Source: Planctomycetota bacterium
GTDB taxonomy: Bacteria; Planctomycetota; UBA8108; SXIK01
Reading direction: 5' to 3'
Assembly (NCBI GenBank): GCA_965223845.1
Contig: CBDCXR010000004.1
Location: 3,008,001 to 3,072,000 of the forward strand
DNA length: 64,000 nucleotides
The position numbers and the translations under genes were made by a program. This document shows positions 40,273 through 49,679 of the stretch, piece by piece (within the stretch, counting starts at the first letter, position 1; each line of letters opens with the position of its first letter). The notes beneath the pieces are model-generated. The model was not told the DNA's origin. It searched no databases and saw nothing but the letters and a program-made list of their open reading frames with translations.

Positions 40273-42522
40273 ATGCCCAAGACCTACTTCGTGACTGCCG
40301 TCGTCCTCGCCGCAGCTGCTTTGGCCGGTACCGCTGCGCGAGCGGATGCACTGGGCGAGACCGAGCTGAGGCGCCTCGTTTACGTGACGTCGCTCGACGG
40401 TGCGGGTGGGCAGGGCGCGCCGGGCATCTATGTCTACGACATCGATCAGGCTCACGAGCTCGTCCGCTTCGTGCCGATGCCAAACCTCGGCGGAACGCGC
40501 GGCGCTTGCGCGAACGCCGCGACAGATCGGATGTGGATCAGTCACGCGAACTCGAAGCTCCTCTGTCTCGATCTCCGCACGGAGAAGGTGCTCTGGGAAG
40601 TCGAGTATCCGGCCGAAGAGGGCGGCGCGGATCGGATCGGGGTCACACCGGACGGGAAGAAACTCTACGCCCCGAGCGGATGGTGGAGTCGCGATCCGCA
40701 CATCAAGGTGGTCGACGCGGTCAGCGGGACGCTCCTGAAGCGGATTCTCGTCGCTCCGTCCGGCGGCCTTCACAACCTCATCGTGAGTCTCGATGGCGGC
40801 ACGGTGTTCGCGGGATCGACTCGCTACAACATGCTCTCGGTGATCGACACGGCGAGCGACGAAATCGTCGGGCGCGTCGGACCGATCATCGGCGTCATCC
40901 AGCCTCTCACCGTCAACGGGTCGCAGACGCTCGCCTACATCAATTCACACCTCTACCGCGAGGGACACGGTCCCGGATTCGAAATCGGTGATCTTCGGAC
41001 CGGCGAAATCCTGCACGTCGTCGGGAGACCCGATCTCTCCGAGCGGCGAAGCCGCTGCCACGGGATCGGGATCACGCCGGATGAGAAAGAGGTCTGGGTC
41101 GTCGATCAGGGGCATCGCGAGCTCCACGTCTTCGACAACACCGTGATGCCCCCACGCTTCAAGGTCGCGCTCCCGATGGCGGCGAAGACTCATGGCTGGA
41201 TTTGCTTCAGTCGCGACGGAAAGTTCGGTTGGTGCGACACCGGAGAAGTGTTCGACGTCGCAACGAAGAAGGTGATCGCGCGATGGACGGACGCTCGCGG
41301 CGGCGAGGGGAAACCCGTCATGAGCAGCAAGTTCTTCGAGATCCATTTCCGCGGCGAAGACGCGATCTGGGTCGGAAGACAGATGGGGGTCGGCTACGTG
41401 GGAGCCGACACCGCTCGCGCCGTCTCCGCTGACCGAACGGCACTCTCGAAAATCGATGCGTCGATGCGCGAGTTCGTCGCGAGTGGGACCATCTCGGGCG
41501 CGGTGACGCTCGTCGCCGTCGATGGCCGCGCCGTCCACCACGGCGCGGTCGGTCACGCCGATCTCGAGGGGAACGTAGCGATGGCGAAGGATACGATCTT
41601 CGCGATCGCCTCGATGACGAAACCGATCACCGCGACGGCGATCGCGATCCTCGAGGACGAAGGCCGGCTCTCCGTCGACGATCCGGTCGCGAAGCACCTT
41701 CCCGCCTTTGCAGACATCAAGCTTGCGAACGGTTCCGCTCCCGCGCGCAAGATCACGATTCGCGATCTTCTCACTCACACCTCGGGAGTGGGCGATGGCC
41801 CGCGGCGTCCGATTCCGACGGAGATGACGCTCGCGGACTTGGTCGATGGAATCGCGAGCCAACCGCTCAAGTTCGAGCCGGGTTCGAAGTGGAGCTACGG
41901 GAAGGGGCTTACCGTCTGTGGGCGGATCGTCGAGGTCCTCGCCGACCAGGCATTCGAAGCGTTCTTGAAGACGCGGATTTTCGAGCCGCTCGGAATGAAG
42001 GATACGTCTTTTCGTCCCACGGGAGATCAGCGCGCGCGAGTAGCGAAGATCTACAAACCGTCAGCCGATGGAACATCACTCGAATCGACGGCCGTGTCGT
42101 GGGCGAATCCCGATCGAAAGCGCGCGCCGAATCCCTCGGGTGGACTCTACTCGACCGCTCGCGACATGATGCGCTTCTACCAGGCGATCCTGAACGGCGG
42201 GGCGCTCGACGGCGTTCGCGTCGTGTCGCGGCGTGCGTGCGAAACGATGCTCTCGATTCACACGGGCGATCTGGTCACCGGATTCACCCCCGGAAACGGC
42301 TGGGGGCTCGGCTGGTGTGTCGTCCGCGAGCCCCAGGGCGTGACCGCGCGGCTCTCGCCGGGCACCTTCGGCCACGGCGGCGCGTTCGGGACACAAGGTT
42401 GGGTCGATCCCGAGCGGCGGTTGATCTCGATCCTGATGATTCAGCGCACCGAGCTGGGGAACAGCGACGGCTCGAAGATTCGGCGCGCATTCCACGAGCT
42501 CACGTCGGCCGCGCTCCGATAG
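40273..42522 (+). CDS. YncE-like beta-propeller + serine hydrolase (beta-lactamase-related) fusion
   Basis: Propeller repeats (GVTPDGKKLY, HGIGITPDEKEVW); FAIASMTK (SxxK), LLTHTSG, IFEPLGM and FGHGG. Confidence 0.82.
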   Translation: MPKTYFVTAVVLAAAALAGTAARADALGETELRRLVYVTSLDGAGGQGAPGIYVYDIDQAHELVRFVPMPNLGGTRGACANAATDRMWISHANSKLLCLDLRTEKVLWEVEYPAEEGGADRIGVTPDGKKLYAPSGWWSRDPHIKVVDAVSGTLLKRILVAPSGGLHNLIVSLDGGTVFAGSTRYNMLSVIDTASDEIVGRVGPIIGVIQPLTVNGSQTLAYINSHLYREGHGPGFEIGDLRTGEILHVVGRPDLSERRSRCHGIGITPDEKEVWVVDQGHRELHVFDNTVMPPRFKVALPMAAKTHGWICFSRDGKFGWCDTGEVFDVATKKVIARWTDARGGEGKPVMSSKFFEIHFRGEDAIWVGRQMGVGYVGADTARAVSADRTALSKIDASMREFVASGTISGAVTLVAVDGRAVHHGAVGHADLEGNVAMAKDTIFAIASMTKPITATAIAILEDEGRLSVDDPVAKHLPAFADIKLANGSAPARKITIRDLLTHTSGVGDGPRRPIPTEMTLADLVDGIASQPLKFEPGSKWSYGKGLTVCGRIVEVLADQAFEAFLKTRIFEPLGMKDTSFRPTGDQRARVAKIYKPSADGTSLESTAVSWANPDRKRAPNPSGGLYSTARDMMRFYQAILNGGALDGVRVVSRRACETMLSIHTGDLVTGFTPGNGWGLGWCVVREPQGVTARLSPGTFGHGGAFGTQGWVDPERRLISILMIQRTELGNSDGSKIRRAFHELTSAALR

Positions 42523-42550
42523 CGGCGGAGAAAAACGGAGACTTTGCACG

Positions 42551-43342
42551 ATGAATCGCGCCACGCCGATCCTTTGTATTGCCTCCCTCGTTGCCGCCTG
42601 TTCCTCGTCGGGTGGACCGACCCGAGACTCGCGGGAGCTCTCTCTCTGGTCCTGGAACGTCCTCCACGGAGCGAACGCGGCCGGTGAGCTCAACCTCGCG
42701 GCGAAGGGCGAGTATCTAGCCAGCACCGACGCCGACATCGTTTTTCTGCAAGAAATCGATCACACGTGCGAACGCTCGGGCAAGGTCGATCAAATGGCTG
42801 CGCTCGCGCGCGCGACATCGATGGACGCGGCGTTCGGCGCGTTCATGCCGTTTCAAGGAGGAGAGTACGGGCTCGGGACTCTCAGCGCCGTTCCCGTCCG
42901 GTCGAGTCACGCGCTCCGCCTTCCCGACGGCGACGAACCGCGCGTTGCGCTCTTCCGTGAGCTCGAGGTCTTGGGGCACCCCCTCTTGGCCGTCAACGTC
43001 CACTTCAATTGGACTCGCGACGATCGGGCGCGATTCGCTCAGGCCCGGGCCCTTCTCGACGAACTCGCATCGCGAGGCGCGGCGACGATCGTCGCGGGCG
43101 ACTTCAACGACGTCCCCGCCAGCCGAACGATGCAGGCGTTTTACGAGGCCGGCTTCACCCACGTCGAAGCTCCCGGACCGAGCTGGAACGCAGAGGCGCC
43201 GAGCGTCGACATCGACCACATCCTCATCCGAGACGGCGGAAGGCTGCGCATCGAGTCGCTCGGCGGCGAAGTCGTCGTCGAATCCTCCCTCTCCGATCAC
43301 CGTCCCGTTCGCGGCCGAGTTCGCGTGCGAGTCAACCCCTGA
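42551..43342 (+). CDS. Endonuclease/exonuclease/phosphatase family lipoprotein
   Basis: WNV, LQEID, GDFN, IDHI and SDH motifs; lipobox VAAC. Confidence 0.88.
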   Translation: MNRATPILCIASLVAACSSSGGPTRDSRELSLWSWNVLHGANAAGELNLAAKGEYLASTDADIVFLQEIDHTCERSGKVDQMAALARATSMDAAFGAFMPFQGGEYGLGTLSAVPVRSSHALRLPDGDEPRVALFRELEVLGHPLLAVNVHFNWTRDDRARFAQARALLDELASRGAATIVAGDFNDVPASRTMQAFYEAGFTHVEAPGPSWNAEAPSVDIDHILIRDGGRLRIESLGGEVVVESSLSDHRPVRGRVRVRVNP

Positions 43343-43364
43343 GTGATCCTCTCGTCCGCCACCC

Positions 43365-44936
43365 ATGGACATCGCCCGTTCCCTTTCTTCGAGCTCAACC
43401 ATGATGATCTCGCCCCGAGTCCTTTGCGCCGTCGTCGCGTTCGCTTGCTTCTCCGCTCGCGGTGAGTCCGCGGAGCGTCCGAACATCGTGTTCATTCTCG
43501 CGGACGATCTCGGCTTCGGCGACGTCGGCTGCTACAACTCCGAGTCGAAGGTCCCCACTCCGAATCTCGACCGTCTAGCCCGCGAAGGGATGCGCTTCAC
43601 CGATGCGCACAGTCCCTCCACAGTGTGCACGCCGACGCGCTACAGCCTCCTCACGGGCCGCATGGCATTTCGAACGGGGATGCGCGGGGTGTTCACCGGC
43701 GTCGGCGGTCCCTGCATGATCGAGGAGGAGCGCCTCACTCTGCCGCAGCTCCTTCGCGACAAGGGATATGCGACCGCGATGTTCGGCAAGTGGCACGTCG
43801 GAATGACGTTCTTCGACAAGAGCGGTGCGCCGATCAACAAGAACGGTCTCGAGGCGGTGAAGCGAATCGACTACTCCCGAGCCGTCCCGGACTCGCCGAT
43901 TCACCGCGGCTTCGACCGTTTCTTCGGAACCGTTTCGTGTCCGACGACCGATTGGCTCTACGCGTACGTCGACGGCGATCGGATCCCCGCACCGCCGACA
44001 GAACTCCTCGATCGTTCCCCGCTCCCGAAGCACCCGTACTCGCGAGACAATCGGCGGGGCATGATCGCGCCGGGGTTCGATCTCGAGCGCGTCGATCTCG
44101 TCTTCCTCGAAAAGAGCCGAGAGTTCCTCCGCTCCCACGTCGAGAAGAAGAAAGACCAGCCGTTCTTCCTGTTTCACTCCGCGCAGGCCGTGCATCTTCC
44201 GTCCTTCCCTGCGGACGAGTTCAAGGGGAAGACGAAGGCCGGTCCCCACGGTGATTTCATCTTCGAGCTCGACTGGATCGTCGGCGAGCTCATGAAGACC
44301 CTCGAGGAGCTCGGCGTCGCCGAGCACACGCTCGTCCTTTTCTCGAGCGACAACGGTCCCGAAGTGACATCGGTGATCCACATGCGGAGCGACCACGCGC
44401 ACGACGGCGCGCGGCCGTGGCGTGGGATGAAGCGCGACCAATGGGAGGGTGGTCACCGCGTGCCGCTCATCGCGCGCTGGCCGGGAAAGGTGCGCCCGGG
44501 AACGACGAGCGATCAGACGGTTAGCCTCACCGACCTTTTCGCGACGTGCGCCGCGATCGTCGGAACGGAGATCCCCCAGAGCGCCGGGGAAGACAGCGTG
44601 AGCTTTCTCCGCGTTCTCACCGGCGAGCAGGGCGACGAGCCGGTGAGACAGTACACGCTTCAGCAAACGATCAGTCTCGCTCTCTCGATCCGGCGCGGCC
44701 CATGGAAGTATCTCGATCACAAGGGATCGGGCGGGAACAACTACCAGCGCGGGAGACTCAAGGACTTTGTCCTTCCGGAGAAGAATCCGGACGCACCGGG
44801 ACAGCTGTACCATCTCGGCGACGACCCCGGCGAGACGACGAACCTCTACTCGAAACATCCCGGGATCGTGCGCGAGCTCAAATCGAAGCTCGACGCGTTC
44901 GTCGCGAGCGGGCGGAGTGCACCCGCACGCAAGTAA
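43365..44936 (+). CDS. Arylsulfatase
   Basis: PNIVFILADDLG, CTPTRYSLLTGR, FGKWH, SSDNG and WEGGHRVP; alternative start at 43401. Confidence 0.92.
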   Translation: MDIARSLSSSSTMMISPRVLCAVVAFACFSARGESAERPNIVFILADDLGFGDVGCYNSESKVPTPNLDRLAREGMRFTDAHSPSTVCTPTRYSLLTGRMAFRTGMRGVFTGVGGPCMIEEERLTLPQLLRDKGYATAMFGKWHVGMTFFDKSGAPINKNGLEAVKRIDYSRAVPDSPIHRGFDRFFGTVSCPTTDWLYAYVDGDRIPAPPTELLDRSPLPKHPYSRDNRRGMIAPGFDLERVDLVFLEKSREFLRSHVEKKKDQPFFLFHSAQAVHLPSFPADEFKGKTKAGPHGDFIFELDWIVGELMKTLEELGVAEHTLVLFSSDNGPEVTSVIHMRSDHAHDGARPWRGMKRDQWEGGHRVPLIARWPGKVRPGTTSDQTVSLTDLFATCAAIVGTEIPQSAGEDSVSFLRVLTGEQGDEPVRQYTLQQTISLALSIRRGPWKYLDHKGSGGNNYQRGRLKDFVLPEKNPDAPGQLYHLGDDPGETTNLYSKHPGIVRELKSKLDAFVASGRSAPARK

Positions 44937-44957
44937 CTCCGCCGTTCCGAGCTCGCG

Positions 44958-45320
44958 CTAGCGGATCTGGTCGTTCACCGTCTCGACTCCGGCCGCGGTC
45001 ACCCGCAGGTCGAGTCGCCCCTTGCTGTGACGCGCGAGATAACAATCGACGGTCAGGGTCTCTCGCCGGCCGGTCGAATCGGTGAGTTCGATCTTCAGAT
45101 CCGAATCGCTCGTAGCCCGGATCCTCGTGGACACGACGGAACCGGGAGCGATGTTACCGAGGGAACGCGTCGCTCCCGTCGCTCGGAGCACGACGTTCTC
45201 GAGTGCCGCCGCATGGCGATTTTCGATCGACACGAGCACGCCGCCGCTTCGCCACCACCACCACGCGAGCATCGCCACGGCGAAAACGATGAGTGCGATG
45301 CGAGTCGCACCGAAGCGCAT
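44958..45320 (-). CDS. Small membrane-anchored hypothetical protein
   Basis: N-terminal hydrophobic helix plus a beta-rich domain; GGAGA RBS; co-oriented with the DUF1501 gene. Confidence 0.6.
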   Translation of the reverse strand: MRFGATRIALIVFAVAMLAWWWWRSGGVLVSIENRHAAALENVVLRATGATRSLGNIAPGSVVSTRIRATSDSDLKIELTDSTGRRETLTVDCYLARHSKGRLDLRVTAAGVETVNDQIR

Positions 45321-45371
45321 CGGGTTCTCTCCGCGAGTCATCCCTCGTTCTTTTCTCGTACGATCGGGATT

Positions 45372-46745
45372 TCAGGCGAAAAGCGGTAGTGGTGCGCCGT
45401 CCGCGATTGGAAACGGTCGCCCGAGCCGGTCGTGGATCTCCGAATCCGGAGGGATCCCGAGAGCGGAGAAGACCGTCGCGAGCAAGTTCGCCGGACCACA
45501 CGCGGCACTCGCCGGGTGCGCCCCGATGCCATCGGAGCTGCCGTACACCTGTCCCCCGCGAATACCGCCGCCCGCGAGCGCGACGCTGTAACACCCCGGG
45601 TAATGATCCCTTCCCGCCGCTCCGTTGATCTTCGGCGTCCGACCGAATTCCGTGAGGAATACGACGAGTGTCTCGTCGAGCATGCCTCTCTCGGAAAGGT
45701 CGTCGAGGAGTGCCGACGCGCTTCGGTCGAATACGGGGAGCATCGTGTTCTTCAGGCGATTGAAGTTGTTCCCGTGCGTATCCCAGTGATCGCCGACCGA
45801 ACCGTTCAAGTCACCCGCCGAACACACCACGGTAGCGAGCGGGACTCCCGCCTCGACGATGCGCCGCGCGAGCAGCATGCTCCTCCCGCAGATGTGATCG
45901 CCGTAGGCTTCGAGGGTCCGCTTCGGCTCCTTCCCGACGTCGAAGGCCTCCCGCACCGCAGGCTCGAGGAGCATGTCGACGGCGAGCTGGCGAAAGTGAT
46001 CGCTCTCGGCGAAGGCGTCCTCTGCGGGTAGAGGCGCTTCGAGTCGGCGGAGAAGCCGAAGGCGTGACTCGAGTCGCTCGGCTTCGGTCGTCAGAGTCGG
46101 ATCGATGCTCGAAGCACCGAGCCCGCGGGACACACCACCGAACGGTTTCCCGCTTTTCGACGAGATGACGATCGGGTCGTGCTCCATGCCGAGCCACCCG
46201 GAGTACTCTCCCGCCTGCAGCGTCCCGTTGTCGACGAGCGGATAAGGAAGGCGCACGGCCGCCGGCAGACCTCGCGGCGCGCGGCGAAACTTCGTCACGA
46301 CAGCTCCGAACGAAGGCCAATCGTCCGCGGAAGGCGGGAGGTTTTGCGCCGTCGTCGCTCGAGGCGGCGGGCGACCGGTCATATTCCAGTACATCGCCTT
46401 CCCGTGCGCGGAGCTCTCGTGGTGCATCGAGCGCACGATCGCGAGACGCTCGGTTTGGCGCGCAAGGAGCGGGATGTGCTCTGAGACGTGGACTCCCGGA
46501 GTAGCCGTTCGAATCGGCCGAAACTCTCCGCGATATTGATCCGGTGCGTCGGGCTTCGGGTCCCAGGTATCGATGTGACTGATGCCGCCCCAACAGAAAA
46601 GGACGATGCACGACTTGGCTCTCGGCGACGCATCGACGTCGCTCGCACGCGCCCGTGACGCGAGAAGCTGCGGGAGAGTCAGCCCCGCCATCCCTACTCG
46701 AAGAAAACCACGCCGGTTCAAGTGGAGCGCAGTGCGATCTCGCAT
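45372..46745 (-). CDS. DUF1501 family protein (Tat signal)
   Basis: NRRGFL, WGGISHIDTWDPKP, WDTH, EFGRTP, GRDH and LAGGGIRGG. Confidence 0.92.
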   Translation of the reverse strand: MRDRTALHLNRRGFLRVGMAGLTLPQLLASRARASDVDASPRAKSCIVLFCWGGISHIDTWDPKPDAPDQYRGEFRPIRTATPGVHVSEHIPLLARQTERLAIVRSMHHESSAHGKAMYWNMTGRPPPRATTAQNLPPSADDWPSFGAVVTKFRRAPRGLPAAVRLPYPLVDNGTLQAGEYSGWLGMEHDPIVISSKSGKPFGGVSRGLGASSIDPTLTTEAERLESRLRLLRRLEAPLPAEDAFAESDHFRQLAVDMLLEPAVREAFDVGKEPKRTLEAYGDHICGRSMLLARRIVEAGVPLATVVCSAGDLNGSVGDHWDTHGNNFNRLKNTMLPVFDRSASALLDDLSERGMLDETLVVFLTEFGRTPKINGAAGRDHYPGCYSVALAGGGIRGGQVYGSSDGIGAHPASAACGPANLLATVFSALGIPPDSEIHDRLGRPFPIADGAPLPLFA

Positions 46746-46958
46746 CGATCCTCCGCCGGTCGTCTTCACCTCGCTTCGAACTCTCGCGCCGCCCGCGGCG
46801 AGCATCACACGAGCGCTCTTTAATTCTTCGCGCCAGTTCATGATCTCCGCCCGCGGGTCTCGCCGTCAACCTCGGGATCCAAGATCGCTTTTCGACGATC
46901 TTGCGGTTTCCGCATCCACTACAATGACCGCCACGAAAGCTGGGAGAAGGACTCGGAC

Positions 46959-48101
46959 ATGATTCGCGCCCACAAGGCTCTGATGGTGTTGTTCACCGTT
47001 GCGGCGACGCTTGACGTCAATGCAGATCGCGTCGAACTCCGTCGAGTCCCGGACGGTGGAATCCAGCCGCAGGTAGCGCTCGACGCGGAACATCGCGTGC
47101 ACCTCGTGTACTACAAGGGGCAGGACACAGCCGGAGATCTCTTCTACGCTTATTCGGAGAACGACGGCGAGACTTATTCTTCGCCCGCACGGGTCAATTC
47201 GACGCCGAGTTCCGCGATCGCCGCGGGAACGATCCGTGGGGCTCACATCGCGCTCGGACGCAACGGCCGGGTACACGTCGCGTGGAACGGATCGGGACGC
47301 GTGGGCGGGGAGCACGGTTCGCCGATGCTCTACGCTCGCTTTGATCCCGCGACCCGGGCGTTTTCCCGGCAGCGCAACTTGATGACGAAGACCGGCACGC
47401 TCGACGGGGGCGGATCGGTCGCGGCCGACGGCGAGGGCAACGTCTACGTCGTTTGGCACGCGGCGGCGATCGGAGCCCCGCCGGGCGAGCAGCACCGGGC
47501 CGTCTGGGTGGCGAAGTCGGAGGATGACGGGAAAACGTTCACTCCCGAGGTGCGAGCAAATCTGACGGACACGGGCGCGTGCGGCTGCTGTGGGCTCCGA
47601 GCGTTCACTCGCCGGAGGGGCGATCTGCTCATCCTCTACCGGACCGCGACCCGTGTCGTGACTCGAGACATGCACCTCCTCACTTCAAGCGACCGCGCCG
47701 CGAGCTTCTCCGGGAATCGCATCCACGCGTGGAACGTTCCGACCTGCGTCATGAGCATGGCATCGTTCTGCGAAAGCGAACGCGAGGTGTACGCCGCGTG
47801 GGAAACCGAGGAGCGCGTCTACTTCGGCCGACTCTCGCCCGGCGGCGAGCCGATCGCGGTGTCAAGTCGGCGGAAGACCGGGCAGAAACACCCGGTGATC
47901 GCCTCGAATTCGCGCGGCGAGATTCTCATCGCGTGGACGGAGGGAACGGGATGGAAGCGAGGCGGCGCTCTCGCGTGGCAAGCTTTTGATTCTGGCGGTC
48001 AGCCGATCGTCGACGCCGGAGGCACTCGCGATGGGACACCGGTTTGGAGCTTTCCCGCTGCGTTCGCCACGCGCGACGGGAAGTTCGTCGTCGTTTACTG
48101 A
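46959..48101 (+). CDS. Secreted BNR/Asp-box (sialidase-fold) protein with CGCC motif
   Basis: Asp-boxes SENDGETY, SEDDGKTF and SSDRAASF; GACGCC. Confidence 0.75.
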   Translation: MIRAHKALMVLFTVAATLDVNADRVELRRVPDGGIQPQVALDAEHRVHLVYYKGQDTAGDLFYAYSENDGETYSSPARVNSTPSSAIAAGTIRGAHIALGRNGRVHVAWNGSGRVGGEHGSPMLYARFDPATRAFSRQRNLMTKTGTLDGGGSVAADGEGNVYVVWHAAAIGAPPGEQHRAVWVAKSEDDGKTFTPEVRANLTDTGACGCCGLRAFTRRRGDLLILYRTATRVVTRDMHLLTSSDRAASFSGNRIHAWNVPTCVMSMASFCESEREVYAAWETEERVYFGRLSPGGEPIAVSSRRKTGQKHPVIASNSRGEILIAWTEGTGWKRGGALAWQAFDSGGQPIVDAGGTRDGTPVWSFPAAFATRDGKFVVVY

Positions 48102-48149
48102 TTCAAACGAGAAGAACTCTACTCACGTCATTTCACCGGAGCGAAAAGC

Positions 48150-49577
48150 ATGACGAACTACCGATGCATCGGCAGCGTACTGCTCGTGGGCCTATTCGTA
48201 CTCTGCGCGCAGACGGCGACACTCGGCGATCTGGGGGTCGGAGCTCCGGCCGAAGAAGGAGCGACCGTACTGTTTGACGGAACTCGCGAGAGTCTCGACG
48301 AAAACTGGACCTACTGGGAGGGCCCGCGGTTCGCGTCGTCGCTCCCGATCAAATGGAAGATCGTCGACGACCCGGTGGATGATGGCACGGTTCTCATGAC
48401 TCACGATCCGGCCGCGGCCGGGGGCAAGTACGGGACGGCCGACGTCGTCACCAAAAAGAAGTACCGAGACTTTCGTCTGCACGTCGAATTTCTCGTGATG
48501 AAGCCGAGAGGAAACAGCGGAGTCTACCTGCAGAACCGCTACGAGATTCAAATCCTGGACGGTGATCGCTCGAGCCACGGGATGGGCGCCGTGATCAACG
48601 AATCGCCGTCGCCCTACTACGCGTACAACGGCGTCGGCAAGTGGAATTCATACGACGTCGTCTTCCGTGCCGCTCGATTCGAGGATGGAAAGAAGAGCGA
48701 GAACGCGCTCGTCACGGTCTTCTTCAACGGGAAACCGGTTCACATCAACCAGTCGATTTACCGCGTCTGGGGCGGAAAGAACTCGGGAATCGACGGCGGC
48801 AATCAAAACGGCGTCGGCATCACAGACACCCCCGGCGGTCTCAAGCTCCAGTGCGAGGGACACGACGTCCGCTACCGAAATATCTGGATCAAGGAGCTCG
48901 AGCTCGAGAAGCCCGACACGCGATTCGAGCTTCCGACCCACGATGCCGTCACCGGCGCACCGCGGGGCGGCGGCTGGATGAATCGTCACCAGAGTTTCAA
49001 CAAGCGAGTTCAGAAGGGAAACGTCGACGTGATCTTTGTCGGCGACTCGATCACGCAGGGCTGGGAGGGAGCCGGAAAGGCCGTGTGGGCCGAGCGCTAT
49101 GCGCCGCGAAACGCCGTCAATCTCGGCATCGGCGGCGATCGAACGCAGCACGTCCTCTGGCGGCTCGACAACGGCAACGTCCACAAGATCGCGCCGAAGG
49201 TAGCCGTCGTGATGATCGGGACGAACAACTCGCGGAAGAACTCTCCCGAAGAAATCGTCGACGGCGTCACCGCTGTCGTCGAGAAGATCCGGGCGAAGCT
49301 CTCGAGCACGAAGGTCCTTCTCCTCGGCATCTTCCCGCGCGGCGAGCGCTTCAACGATCAACGTGGAAAGATCACTCAGGTGAACCAAGCGATCCAGAAA
49401 CTCGACGATGGCGAGTCGGTCTTCTACCTCGACATCGGTCACCAGTTTCTCGAGCGCGACGGGAGCCTAAGTCGCGAAATCATGCCCGACTTCCTCCATC
49501 TCTCGCCGAAGGGCTACGCGATCTGGGCCGAAGCGATCGAGGAGAAGCTCGCTGCGCTCCTCGGCGCGGACGGCTAA
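48150..49577 (+). CDS. DUF1080 (3-keto-glycoside hydrolase-like) + GDSL/SGNH esterase fusion
   Basis: DFRLHVEF, GNSGVY, YEIQILD and VRYRNIW; then GDSIT, GIGGD, GTNN and DFLH. Confidence 0.88.
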   Translation: MTNYRCIGSVLLVGLFVLCAQTATLGDLGVGAPAEEGATVLFDGTRESLDENWTYWEGPRFASSLPIKWKIVDDPVDDGTVLMTHDPAAAGGKYGTADVVTKKKYRDFRLHVEFLVMKPRGNSGVYLQNRYEIQILDGDRSSHGMGAVINESPSPYYAYNGVGKWNSYDVVFRAARFEDGKKSENALVTVFFNGKPVHINQSIYRVWGGKNSGIDGGNQNGVGITDTPGGLKLQCEGHDVRYRNIWIKELELEKPDTRFELPTHDAVTGAPRGGGWMNRHQSFNKRVQKGNVDVIFVGDSITQGWEGAGKAVWAERYAPRNAVNLGIGGDRTQHVLWRLDNGNVHKIAPKVAVVMIGTNNSRKNSPEEIVDGVTAVVEKIRAKLSSTKVLLLGIFPRGERFNDQRGKITQVNQAIQKLDDGESVFYLDIGHQFLERDGSLSREIMPDFLHLSPKGYAIWAEAIEEKLAALLGADG

Positions 49578-49679
49578 GCCCTCCCGAATCCGTCGCGCGA
49601 ACGACCGTTCGCCGCGCCGACAGACTTCGCGCATCAAGCGGAACGGCTGCCCCTCGCGGTTACGGGGAGGGTTCGGCGT

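Noticed and set aside
41440-42522. Beta-lactamase resistance gene
   Set aside because: It is a generic SxxK serine hydrolase fold in a fusion protein with no mobile context; activity cannot be inferred.
49578-49676. Imperfect inverted repeat (CCCTCCC...GGGAGGG) between convergent genes
   Set aside because: The arms are short and mismatched, which is plausible by chance at this GC content.
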